Of a stretch of DNA of 64,000 nt, positions 30,001-41,399 are shown one piece after another. Both the position numbers and the translations under genes were made by a program. Numbering within the stretch: the stretch's first letter is position 1; each line of letters begins with the position of its first letter. The DNA is from Mobula birostris (Eukaryota): the NCBI RefSeq assembly GCF_030028105.1, contig NC_092382.1:100704699-100768698 (forward strand). The letters are read 5' to 3'. A model generated the notes under the pieces. The model did not search any database. It saw only the letters and a list, made by a program, of their open reading frames with translations, and was not told where the DNA came from.

Positions 30001-33000
30001 TCTGGTGCTAGAGCCACACACTATAGGAAACATCCTCTCCGCATTCACTCTCTCTGTGTCCTCTGGTCCGAGACCCCCCTCCCTCACACTACCGGAAACA
30101 TCCTCTCCATATCCACTCTATCTGTGTCCTCTGGTCCTAGACTCACCCATCACAGGAAACATCCTCTCCACATCCACTCTATCTGTGTCCTCTGGTCCTA
30201 GTCTTCCCCACTATAGGAAGCGACCTCTCCATATCCACTCTATCTGTGTCCTCTGGTCCTAGACTCCCCAAATACTGGAAACATCCTCTCCACATCCACT
30301 TTATCTGTGTCCCTGGTCCAAGACTACCCCACTACAGGAAACATCCACTCCATATCCACTCTATCTGTGTCCTCTGGTCCTAGACTCCCCATTACAGGAA
30401 ACATCCTCTCCACATCCACTCTATCTCTGCCCTCATGTCCTAGACTCCCCCGCTAGAGGAAACATCCTCTCCATATCCACTCTATCTGTGTCCTCCGGTC
30501 CTAGACTCCCCCATTACAGGAAACATTGTCTCCATATCCACTCGATCTGTTTCCTCTGTTCCTAGACTCCCCCATTACAGGAAACATCCTCTCCACATCC
30601 ACTCTATCTGTGTCCCTGGGCCTAGACTCCCCCACTACAGGAAACATCCACTCTATCTGTGTCTTCTGGTCCTAGACTTCACCCACTGTAGGAAACATCC
30701 TCTCCACATCCACTCTATCTGTGCCCTCATGTCCTAGACTCCCCGCTAGAGGAAACATCCTCTCCATATCCACTCTATCTGTGTCCTCCGGTCCTAGACT
30801 CCCCCATTACAGGAAACATTCTCTCCATATCCACTCGATCTGTTTCCTCTGTTCCTAGACTCCCCCATTACAGGAAACATCCTCTCCACATCCACTCTAT
30901 CTGTGTCCCTGGGCCTAGACTCCCCCACTACAGGAAACATCCACTCTATCTGTGTCTTCTGGTCCTAGACTTCACCCACTGTAGGAAACATCCTCTCCAC
31001 ATCCACTGTATCTGTGTCCTATCTTCCTAGACTCTACCACTACAGGAAACATCCTCTCCGCATTCACTCTCTCTGTGTCCTCTGGTCCGAGACCCCCCTC
31101 CCCCACACTAAAGGAAACATCCTCTCCATATCCACTCTATCTGTGTCCTCTGGTCCTAGACTCCCCCCACTTCAGGAAACATCCTCTCCACATGCACTCT
31201 ATCTGTGTCCTCTGTTCCTAGACTCCCATTAAAGGAAACATCCTCTCCACATCCACTTTATCTGTGTCCCTGGTCCTAGACTACCCCACTACAGGAAACA
31301 TCCTCTCCACATCTACTCTATCTGTGTCCTCTGGACATAGATTTCCCCCACTACAGGAAACATCTTCTCCACATCCAGTCTATCTGTGTCCTCTGGCTTT
31401 AGACTCCCCCCACTACAGGAAACATCCTCTCCACATTTGCTCTATCTGTGTCCTCTGGTCCTACACTTTCCCCACTATAGGAAACGTCTTTTCCATATCC
31501 ACTCTATCTTCTGTCCTATGGTCCTAGACTCTCACACTGCAGGATACATCCTCTGCATATCCAGTCTATCTGTATCCTCTTTTCCTAGACTCCCCCCACT
31601 ACAGGAAACATCCTCTCCATATCCACTCCATCTGTGTCCTCTGGTCCTAGACTCCCCCATTACAGGAAACATCCTCTCCACATCCACTCTATCTGTGTCC
31701 TCTGGTCCTAGACTCCCCCACGATCGGAAACATCCTCTCCATATCCACTCTCTCTGTGTCCTCTGGTCCTAGACTCACCCATTACAGGAAACATCCTCTG
31801 CACTTCCACTCTATCTGTGTCCTCTGGTCCTAGACTCCTCACTATCGGAAGCATCCTCTCCATATCCTCTCTATCTGTGTCCTCTGGTCCTAGACTCACC
31901 CATCACAGGAAACATCCTCTCCACATCCACTCTATCTGTGTCCTCTGGTCCTAGTCTTCCCCACTATAGGAAGCGACCTCTCCATATCCACTCTATCTGT
32001 GTCCTCTGGTCCTAGACTCCCCAAATACTGGAAACATCCTCTCCACATCCACTTTATCTGTGTCCCTGGTCCAAGACTACCCCACTACAGGAAACATCCA
32101 CTCCATATCCACTCTATCTGTGTCCTCTGGTCCTAGACTCCCCCATTACAGGAAACATCCTCTCCACATCCACTCTATCTCTGCCCTCATGTCCTAGACT
32201 CCCCCGCTAGAGGAAACATCCTCTCCATATCCACTCTATCTGTGTCCTCCGGTCCTAGACTCCCCCACTACAGGAAACATCCACTCTATCTGTGTCTTCT
32301 GGTCCTAGACTTCACCCACTGTAGGAAACATCCTCTCCACATCCACTGTATCTGTGTCCTATGTTCCTAGACTCTACCACTACAGGAAACATCCTCTCCA
32401 CATCCACTCTATCTGTGTCCTCTGGTCCTAGACTCACCCATTACAGGAAACATCCTCTGCACTTCCACTCTATCTGTGTCCTCTGGTCCTAGACTCCCCA
32501 CTATCGGAAGCATCCTCTCCATATCCTCTCTATCTGTGTCCTCTGGTCCTAGACTCACCCATCACAGGAAACATCCTCTCCACATCCACTCTATCTGTGT
32601 CCTCTGGTCCTAGTCTTCCCCACTATAGGAAGCGACCTCTCCATATCCACTCTATCTGTGTCCTCTGGTCCTAGACTCCCCAAATACTGGAAACATCCTC
32701 TCCACATCCACTTTATCTGTGTCCCTGGTCCAAGACTACCCCACTACAGGAAACATCCACTCCATATCCACTCTATCTGTGTCCTCTGGTCCTAGACTCC
32801 CCCATTACAGGAAACATCCTCTCCACATCCACTCTATCTGTGCCCTCATGTCCTAGACTCCCCCGCTAGAGGAAACATCCTCTCCATATCCACTCTATCT
32901 GTGTCCTCCGGTCCTAGACTCCCCCATTACAGGAAACATTCTCTCCATATCCACTCGATCTGTTTCCTCTGTTCCTAGACTCCCCCATTACAGGAAACAT

Positions 33001-36000
33001 CCTCTCCACATCCACTCTATCTGTGTCCCTGGGCCTGGACTCCCCCACTACAGGAAACATCCACTCTATCTGTGTCTTCTGGTCCTAGACTTCACCCACT
33101 GTAGGAAACATCCTCTCCACATCCACTGTATCTGTGTCCTATGTTCCTAGACTCTACCACTACAGGAAACATCGTCTCCACATCCACTATATCTGTGTCC
33201 TCTGGTGCTAGAGCCACACACTATAGGAAACATCCTCTCCGCATTCACTCTCTCTGTGTCCTCTGGTCCGAGACCCCCCTCCCCCACACTGAAGGAAACA
33301 TCCTCTCCATATCCACTCTATCTGTGTCCTCTGGTCCTAGTCTCCCCCACTATAGGAAACATCCTCTCCATATCCACTCTATCTGTGTCCGCTGATCCCA
33401 GTCTCCCCCAATATAGGAAACTTCCTCTTCATATGCACTCTATCTGTGCCCTCTGGTCCTAGACTCCCCCTACTACAGGAAACATCCCCTCCACATCCAC
33501 TCTATCTGTGTCCTCTGGTCCTAGACTTCCCACACTGTAGGAAACAGCCTCTCCACTTCCACTGTATCTGTGTCCTCTGGTCCCAGACTCTGCCACGACA
33601 GGAAACATCCTTTCCATATCCACTCTATCTGTATCCTCTGGTCCTAGACTCCCCCAGAATAGGAAACATCCTCTCCACATTCACTCTATCTGTGTCCTCT
33701 GGTCCGAGAGTCTGCCACTATAGGAAACATCCTCTCCTTATCCACTCTATCTGTGTCCTCTGGTCCTAGACTCCTCCATTACAGGAAACATCCTCTCCAT
33801 ATCCACTCTATCTGTGTCCTCTGGTCCTAGACTCCCCCATAACAGGAAACATCCTCTCCACATCCACTCGATCTGTGTCCTCTGGTCCTAGACTCCCCCA
33901 TTGCAGGAAATATCCTCTCCAAATCCACTCTATCTTTGTCCCTGGTCCTAGGCTCCCCCACTACAGGAAACATCCACTCTATCTGTGTCTTCTGGTCCTA
34001 GACTTCACCCACTGTAGGAAACATCCTCTCCACATCCACTGTATCTGTGTCCTATGTTCCTAGACTCTACCACTACAGGAAACATCGTCTCCACATCCAC
34101 TATATCTGTGTCCTCTGGTGCTAGAGCCACACACTATAGGAAACATCCTCTCCGCATTCACTCTCTCTGTGTCCTCTGGTCCGAGACCCCCCTCCCTCAC
34201 ACTACCGGAAACATCCTCTCCATATCCACTCTATCTGTGTCCCCTGGTCCTAGACTCCCCCATTACAGAAAACATCCTCTTCATTTTCACTCCATCTGTG
34301 TCCTCTGGTCCTGGTCTCCCCCACTACACTACAGGAAACATCCTCTCCATATCCACTCTATCTGTGTCCTCTGGTCCTGGACTCCCCCATGACAGGAAAC
34401 ATGCTCTCCACATCCACTCTCTCTGTGTCCTCTGGTCCTTGACTCCCCCATTACAGGAAACATCTTCTCCACATCCACTCTATCTGTGTCCTCTGGTCCT
34501 AGTCTCCCGCACTATAGGAAACGTCCTCTCCATATCCACTCTATCTGTGTCCTCTGGTCCTAGACTCCTATTAAAGGAAACATCCTCTCCACATCCACTT
34601 TATCTGTGTCCCTGGTCCTAGACTACCCCACTACAGGAAACATCCTCTCCATATCCACTCTATCTGTGTCCTCTGGTCCTAGTCTCCCCCGCTATAGGAA
34701 ACGTACTCTCCACATCCACTCTATCTGTGTCCTCTGGTCCTAGACTCGCCCACTACAGGACACATCCTCTCCACATCCACTCTATCTGTGTCCTCTGGTC
34801 CTAGACTCCCCCACTAGAGGATACATCCTCTCCACATCCACTCTATCTGTGTCCTCTGGTCCTAGACTCCCCCACTAGAGGATACATCCTCTCCACATCC
34901 ACTCTATCTGTGTCCTCTGGTCCTAGACTCCCCCCACTTCAGGAAACATCCTCTCCACATGCACTCTATCTGTGTCCTCTGTTCCTAGACTCCCATTAAA
35001 GGAAACATCCTCTCCACATCCACTTTATCTGTGTCCCTGGTCCTAGACTACCCCACTACAGGAAACATCCTCTCCACATCTACTCTATCTGTGTCCTCTG
35101 GACATAGATTTCCCCCACTACAGGAAACATCTTCTCCACATCCAGTCTATCTGTGTCCTCTGGCTTTAGACTCCCCCCACTACAGGAAACATCCTCTCCA
35201 CATTTGCTCTATCTGTGTCCTCTGGTCCTACACTTTCCCCACTATAGGAAACGTCTTTTCCATATCCACTCTATCTTCTGTCCTATGGTCCTAGACTCTC
35301 ACACTGCAGCATACATCCTCTGCATATCCAGTCTATCTGTATCCTCTTTTCCTAGACTCCCCCCACTACAGGAAACATCCTCTCCACATTCACTCTATCT
35401 GTGTCCTCTTGTCCTAGACTCTACCACTACAGGAAACATCCTCTCCACATCCACTCTATCTGTGTCCTCTGGTTCTGGACCCCCCCACTACAGGAAACAT
35501 CCTCTCCATATCCACTTTAACTGTGTCCTCTGGTCCTAGACTCCCCCCAGTACAGGAAATATCTTCTCCTCACCCACTCTATCTGTGTCTTCTGGTCCTA
35601 GACTCCCCCCACTTCAGGAAACATCCTCTCCACATGCACTCTATCTGTGTCCTCTGGTCCTAGACTCCCCTACTACAGGAAACATGCTCTCCACATCCAC
35701 TCTCTCTGTGTCCTCTGGTCCTTGACTCCCCCATTACAGGAAACATCTTCTCCACATCCACTCTATCTGTGTCCTCTGGTCCTAGTCTCCCGCACTATAG
35801 GAAACGTCCTCTCCATATCCACTCTATCTGTGTCCTCTGGTCCTAGACTCCCATTAAAGGAAACATCCTCTCCACATCCACTTTATCTGTGTCCCTGGTC
35901 CTGGACTACCCCACTACAGGAAACATCCTCTCCATATCCACTCTATCTGTGTCCTCTGGTCATAGACTCCCCCCACTACAGGAAACATCTTCTCCACATC

Positions 36001-36300
36001 CAGTCTATCTGTGTCCTCTGGTCCGAGACTTCCCCCACTACAGGAAACATTCTCTCGACATCCAGTCTATCTGTGTCCTCTGGTCCTAGACTCCCCCCAC
36101 TACAGGAAACATCCTCTCCACATCCACTCTATCTGTGTCCTCTGGTCCTACACTTTCCCCACTATAGGAAACATCTTTTCCATATCCACTCTATCTTCTG
36201 TCCTATGGTCCTAGACTCTCCCACTACAGGAAACATCCTCTCCACATCCACTCTATCTGTGTCCTCTGGTCCTAGACTCCCCTACTATAGGAAATATCCC
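1..36300 (-). repeat. CR1-LINE-derived satellite, 61-bp monomer, about 600 copies, open at the left window edge
   Basis: Plus-strand consensus TGTGTCCTCTGGTCCTAGACTCCCCCACTACAGGAAACATCCTCTCCACATCCACTCTATC repeats head to tail. The minus strand encodes DRVDVERMFPVVGESRTRGH, the CR1 ORF2 C-terminal segment. A single-copy parent inside a CR1 at 48219-48279 matches 53/61. Confidence 0.97.
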
Positions 36301-36889
36301 CTGGAGACTTTTTTTTTTTTTTTGCAAATTGCCCCGGCCTATGCCTCTGGTAGCTCCTTGTATTTGCAGGTCTCCCTCTGAGCAATTGCTCCCCCATCAG
36401 CCCCACCTCGGGTCGCAATGAAATCTCTCTGGCCTCTCACTTTAAATCTGCACCCTCCGGTTCTTGATTCTCCAATCCCGATGGGGTGGGGGTGTGGGTT
36501 GGAGATGGGTGTGTGTGTGTGTGTGGGGGGGGGGAACATTGCGTGTATTCAACGGTTTCACGCTTCCATTAAATATCGGCGAATGCATGCGGTATGCATC
36601 CTGAAATTCTTGCTCGCAACAGACATCCACGAAACACAATTAGAGCCTGAAGGAATGGGTGACAGAAAACGGTCGAAGCCCAAGGTATTCCCGCTATTTG
36701 TACCCCGCCCCCGCCCCCAGAGGCGCTATAAACCTCTGCAAGGCCATCCTTCTTTCTCCGACGCTGCGGTAGGATGAGGCGGCCTCCCCACAACTGCGTA
36801 ATAAGAGGGCATCCTTATCCACCGCCATACGGCTCTGTAATGAATTATCCTGCAGCCGAGGAATTGACGACACCCCCCCCCCCCGTTAG

Positions 36890-37560
36890 ACTGTGTGAAG
36901 TAACTTACGATTTGTTCTTTCTTACTTCACTTCCAATATTTATATATGTAAGGGTTTCTTCTTTTAAGGTTAATAAAATGGCTTCTCTGTGCTGTTAACT
37001 GCTGAGACAGTGGTTCTCTGTCGCAGCATGTTTGGGTTATGATCAGTCATAACAGGACCTGTCTTCGTTTTCTAACCAATCGTGATAGATGTTATTCTTT
37101 CTGTCTGTGTGAAAGCCGTCAGTTTTGCGCGGGCTTCGGGGGAGAAGGCGCGAGGAGGATGAAGAGAGAAGAGGTGGGCTGAGGAGACGGTTGCCGGACC
37201 CGCCGGTCCCGGGCTCGGGGCGGGAGCCCAGGGGTCGATAACGAGCGAAGGAGGATCAGCGAAAGGGAATCCGTGAGCTCCAACGTTTGTGCACTGGACA
37301 TGTTTATGAGATTATTGGCGCCTTTTATTTGTTTTCCTTTTCTTTTGTTTCTCTACTAACCTCATACTTAAATATAAAATCTTAATCGTTTAAACGCACA
37401 TTGTGGACTGAACGTTATTTCGGGGTACTGATGTTACACAGGGGACACAACACGTAGCATCCACCCAAACTTGATTACCCAGTTTGGCGGGGCCAAAGGC
37501 TGCTCTCCCCAGTCGGACCCCAGCTGACCGAGCCTGAGGCTTACCGGGGCGGGGGTACAT
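36890..37560. mobile_element. Unclassified interspersed repeat, possibly a solo LTR
   Basis: Starts near TG, ends near ACA, has an internal AATAAA (36972-36977) and no ORF. Resembles a dispersed elasmobranch repeat from memory only; boundaries approximate. Confidence 0.3.
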
Positions 37561-37620
37561 CCAGGGGTGCACATGTAATGCTACTGCGACTGTAATTTCC
37601 TTCGGGATCAATAAAGTATA
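37560..37620 (+). mobile_element. LINE 3' tail (Rex1/L2-type) running into (TATC)n
   Basis: actgtaatttccttcgggatcaataaagtatatatctatct is a typical fish LINE terminus whose tail grades into the TATC microsatellite. Confidence 0.45.
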
Positions 37621-37826
37621 TATCTATCTATCTGTCAGTCTATCCATCTATCTCTCTATCTGTTTGCCTGTGTATCTATCTTTCTATCTATCTATCAATC
37701 AATCTATCCATCTATCTATCCATCTATATATCTGTCTGTCTCTGTCCATCTATCTGTCTATGTATTTAGCTATCTACCTCTCTCTACCCATCTCTTTCTC
37801 TATCTATCTATCTGCATATCTGTCTA

Positions 37827-38174
37827 CGAGGGCTGATTGATAAGTTCGTGGCCTAAAGTAGGCGGAGTCAATTGTAGAAAACCTAGCACATTCATTTTTT
37901 TTTAAACATAGTCACCTCCTACATCTACGCACTTAGTCCAGCGGTCCTGGAGTACACGGATCCAATCTTTGCAGAAGCCGGCGTCTTGGACCTCCAGAAA
38001 GTGGTCGACAGCAGGGGTGATTGATAGGTTCGTGGCCTAAAGTAGAATGTGATGAAGAGAAACTTCAAACTTTCTGCATGTTCATTCAAAGAGTTGAACT
38101 GCATGTGCATGCAACGAGAGCTGTATAACTCATCCCCTTCTACCTCAGGCCACGAACCTATCAATCACCCCTCG
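37827..38174. mobile_element. Mariner-type non-autonomous element (MITE)
   Basis: TA|CGAGGGCTGATTGATAAGTTCGTGGCCTAAAGTAG ... CTACCTCAGGCCACGAACCTATCAATCACCCCTCG|TA: about 35-bp TIRs and a TA target duplication; no transposase ORF. Confidence 0.85.
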
Positions 38175-38342
38175 TATGTATGTACGTATCTATCTATCTA
38201 TCTAGCTATCTCTTTCGTTCTGTATCTCTCTCTCTGTCTATCTATCTATCTGTTTGTTTTTCCTTCTATCTATCTCTCTGCTTATCTATCTATCTATCTG
38301 TCTATCTATCTCTTTAGCTACCTCTCCCTGTATCGCTGTCTC

Positions 38343-38625
38343 NNNNNNNNNNNNNNNNNNNNNNNNNNNNNNNNNNNNNNNNNNNNNNNNNNNNNNNNNN
38401 NNNNNNNNNNNNNNNNNNNNNNNNNNNNNNNNNNNNNNNNNNNNNNNNNNNNNNNNNNNNNNNNNNNNNNNNNNNNNNNNNNNNNNNNNNNNNNNNNNNN
38501 NNNNNNNNNNNNNNNNNNNNNNNNNNNNNNNNNNNNNNNNNNNNNNNNNNNNNNNNNNNNNNNNNNNNNNNNNNNNNNNNNNNNNNNNNNNNNNNNNNNN
38601 NNNNNNNNNNNNNNNNNNNNNNNNN
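38343..38625. other. Assembly gap (283 N)
   Basis: N run seen directly. Confidence 1.
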
Positions 38626-38833
38626 CTGACCATCTATCTATCTGCTTATTTAGCTATCGATCTATCTATTTAACTATCTCTCTCTCTATCTCTGTCCGTC
38701 TGTCTGTCTATCTATTTATCTATCTATCTGTCTATCTATCTATCTCTCTACTTATCTATCTATCTATCTATCTATCTAACGATCTCCTTGCTAATATATC
38801 TATCTATCTGTCTATTTCTCTCTATCTGTCTAT

Positions 38834-38979
38834 NNNNNNNNNNNNNNNNNNNNNNNNNNNNNNNNNNNNNNNNNNNNNNNNNNNNNNNNNNNNNNNNNNN
38901 NNNNNNNNNNNNNNNNNNNNNNNNNNNNNNNNNNNNNNNNNNNNNNNNNNNNNNNNNNNNNNNNNNNNNNNNNNNNNNN
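38834..38979. other. Assembly gap (146 N)
   Basis: N run seen directly. Confidence 1.
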
Positions 38980-39179
38980 CGCGACTGCGACTCTGCAATT
39001 CCCCCCCGGGATCGATGAAGTGCCTGTCTATCTCGACCTCGTAATCTGTCCCGTTAGGGTCTCGCACCTTCTCGCTTGCCCGCCCTTGCACGTTGTCTAT
39101 AACTGTGACACTTTAATCCGCGTTTTCCCCTCTTTCTACCCCAAGTGCTTTGGGGGTGGGGGGGGGGAAGATTGTATTT

Positions 39180-39470
39180 ATTTATTTATTTATGGTTATT
39201 TGATTTATTGCATGCAAGGGAGTAAAAATCTTTATGTTGCGTATAAGCAACATAAGGGGAAATGTGGCAGGCTGTCCCAGGACTGTGTACACAATTGTTT
39301 TGTATAGATACAGTCAGATATGCAGACAGATTAATGTGCATTGATGGCCTGGTGGAAGAAGCTGTCCCGGAGCCTGAATGCTGCGGCACCGTTTGCCAGA
39401 CGGTAGCAGCGGGAACAGTTTGTGGTTGGGGCGGCCGGAGTCCCCGATGGCCCTCTCCCCACCCCCGGGC
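39180..39470 (-). mobile_element. Rex1/L2-like LINE 3' fragment
   Basis: Minus translation ends ...AAFRLRDSFFHQAI, a degenerate form of the RT C-terminal motif (PSGRRYRS...RLRNSFFPQAI). Confidence 0.55.
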
Positions 39471-40439
39471 CCTTTCGACGCACCTGCCGGCCGTAAAATG
39501 CCCTGCGCTGCGCGGACAGAACGGGAAACGAGAGCGGGCCCGCGGCCGAGGGGCTTGGGTCGTTTTCGCGGGAGGCTGAGGCGAGACCTGCTGGAGGTTT
39601 GATACTAGGGAAGGATAGAGTGGGCAGCCGGCAATTTTCTCCCCCCCGCCACGGGGTGAAAATTTCTAATGCCAGCGGGCAGGTGTTGGATGCGAGAGGG
39701 GTTAAGTTCAAAGGGCAAGTGTCCTTTACACACAGGAGGCGGCGGGTGCCGGGGGTGGTGGTGGAGGAAGAGACGAGAGGGGCGTTTAAGAGGCTCCGAA
39801 CCAGATTACAAGGAAGTGCAGGGAGCGGGGTGACGATTCGGGGTAGGAAAGATGGCCAGTATAGATCTTGCGGGCCGAAGAGCCGCGATGCGCTCGACGA
39901 GAGCCCTCCTGCAGACGAGGGAGACGTCTGCGATCGCCAGTTAGGGGGATCGCAGCGGGAAGGTGCGGCCAAAGGTCGATATCAGAGGCAGGCGCCCAAG
40001 TTCCCGGAGAAACAGCGTCACAGACATCAGAGGCAGAACATTCACCAGAGAGAGAGAAACAAAGAAACATCATTTGCGCAATTACACACAACCCGGGCTG
40101 GGCCGGCCCGTTCAGGGACCGGGCAGCCGCTGTCCCTTGGGTCTTCGGGCTTCCGTACCTCCTGCCCGATTGGATACGGGGGTGGGCGGGGGGGTGAGAC
40201 GGTGCGGACCGGATGGGGGTGGGGGAGGGGGCGACTTTGGTGATGGACTTCCCGAGTCAGCGACTTCCTGTGGACAGGACCGACGGTGGGAAGTGGCGGG
40301 CGGGGGGGGGGGCGGGTTGGCGGGAGGGTGTACGCGGGATGCATCGGGCTGGGTCCGCCCCGCCACATCTCGGCGGCTTCGGACGTTCCCGGACCAAAAA
40401 GCGATACCTCTGGCCCCGGCTGACTAAGATTCGCATCGC

Positions 40440-40610
40440 AGCCGGTCCCCTCTGCCAGCGGATCCCTCTAAACCTTTCCTGTCCATGTCCCTGTCTGATT
40501 GTAGTTAATGTATCCGCCTCCACCACTTCCTCTGCCAGCTCTTTCCACAGACGGACCACCCTCTGGGTGAAAAAGTTGTCCCCCGAGTCCCTCTTAAACC
40601 CTCTTACGTT
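40440..40610 (-). mobile_element. CR1 LINE 3' fragment
   Basis: Minus translation RGFKRDSGDNFFTQRVVRLWKELAEEVVEADT, the CR1 ORF2 C-terminal motif. Confidence 0.75.
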
Positions 40611-40829
40611 CCTGTGCACTCAATTTGCCGAACCGGACCGTGAGACACTTCCAACAACGGGACGGGTGTAAATGTTCGTCACAGGGTGCAGTAACACTCC
40701 GGACCTCCCTGACCTCCTAATGCGCTATTCTGTGTGTCTGTACCCGCGTTAACAGACCTCCCATCAGTGTAAATTGGACCCCCGCCCTTCCCCTTCCTGA
40801 AGCGAACGATCAGCTCGACAATTTTTTCA

Positions 40830-41260
40830 CCCAGATCGAGCGGGCGGGAGGCTGCTGTTGTTGATGCCGCCGAGGGGCCACTCGGCCAGGTGTTCATGGC
40901 CGCCTCCTCACGCTGACTCATCCCTGCCTCCCACCCTCCCCCCCCCCCCCACGTCGTGTTGATCGAGACCGCTCCCCCCTCCCTCCCGCAACCACACAGT
41001 GTGTTTCTGTGGCGCGGCGACCTAGTTTGCGAGCGAGTCGGCGGAAGCGCGCAAGGCGCGATCTCGGCTCCCAGTTTCCGGCCCCGCGCACCTGCTCGGT
41101 GTTCGCGACACACGCTTGTTTTCGCTCTCCGAGGCCAGAATTTCCATCCACGCTGTTCGGCGGATGAAAGAGATAACTGAATATTGAATTGAAAACAAAC
41201 GCAGACACAGACAGACAAGAACACACACACACACACACACACGCACACATAACAGTGACA
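40830..41260. promoter_or_regulatory. Candidate TCR-beta 3' enhancer-like element
   Basis: CpG-rich island with no recognisable repeat, carrying RUNX AACCACA (40990-40996), ETS CGGAAG (41042-41047) and TTTCCGG (41075-41081), E-box CACCTG (41089-41094) and GATA AGATAA (41171-41176), about 12 kb 3' of TRBC. Motif-based only. Confidence 0.25.
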
Positions 41261-41399
41261 ATGGCAAACCGATTTACTAATTTCGACTGTTAAGTTTGGG
41301 ACATTTTTAGCAGTCGATTGCAGATGTAATTTTATTCAGATACTTGATAAGTGTTCCGTTTTGGGAAGACAAACCAGAGTCAGCCTTTCAAAACGAAAG

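Larger units (their letters stand above)
37615..38833. repeat. Degenerate (TATC)n/(TGTC)n microsatellite field, interrupted by a MITE and an N gap
   Basis: Runs of tatc/tgtc visible directly. Confidence 0.9.

Noticed and set aside
1-36300. CRISPR-like regular repeats
   Set aside because: No unique spacers and no cas genes; eukaryotic context; units are contiguous and homologous.
1-36300. Ig switch-region-like G-rich array downstream of a C gene
   Set aside because: The monomer has no AGCT hotspot, is fully explained by CR1 origin, and TCR beta does not class-switch. The strand asymmetry is inherited from the LINE.
300-36381. Dozens of ORFs of 60-244 aa in the satellite (SSGPRLPHYRKHPLHIHSICVLWS etc.)
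   Set aside because: They are the three rotating frames of a 61-bp non-triplet monomer, antisense to CR1 ORF2; they are not genes.
36418-36490. Leader-like MKSLWPLTLNL ORF as a possible inverted V gene
   Set aside because: Weak hydrophobic core, and no V exon or RSS follows.
38049-39091. ORFs spanning N gaps and TATC repeats
   Set aside because: Artefacts of N translation and microsatellite sequence.
40995-41033. Perfect RSS heptamer CACAGTG
   Set aside because: No nonamer at 12 or 23 spacing and no adjacent V/D/J coding sequence. Other heptamers (about 45103, 61809) are part of the CR1 3' UTR.
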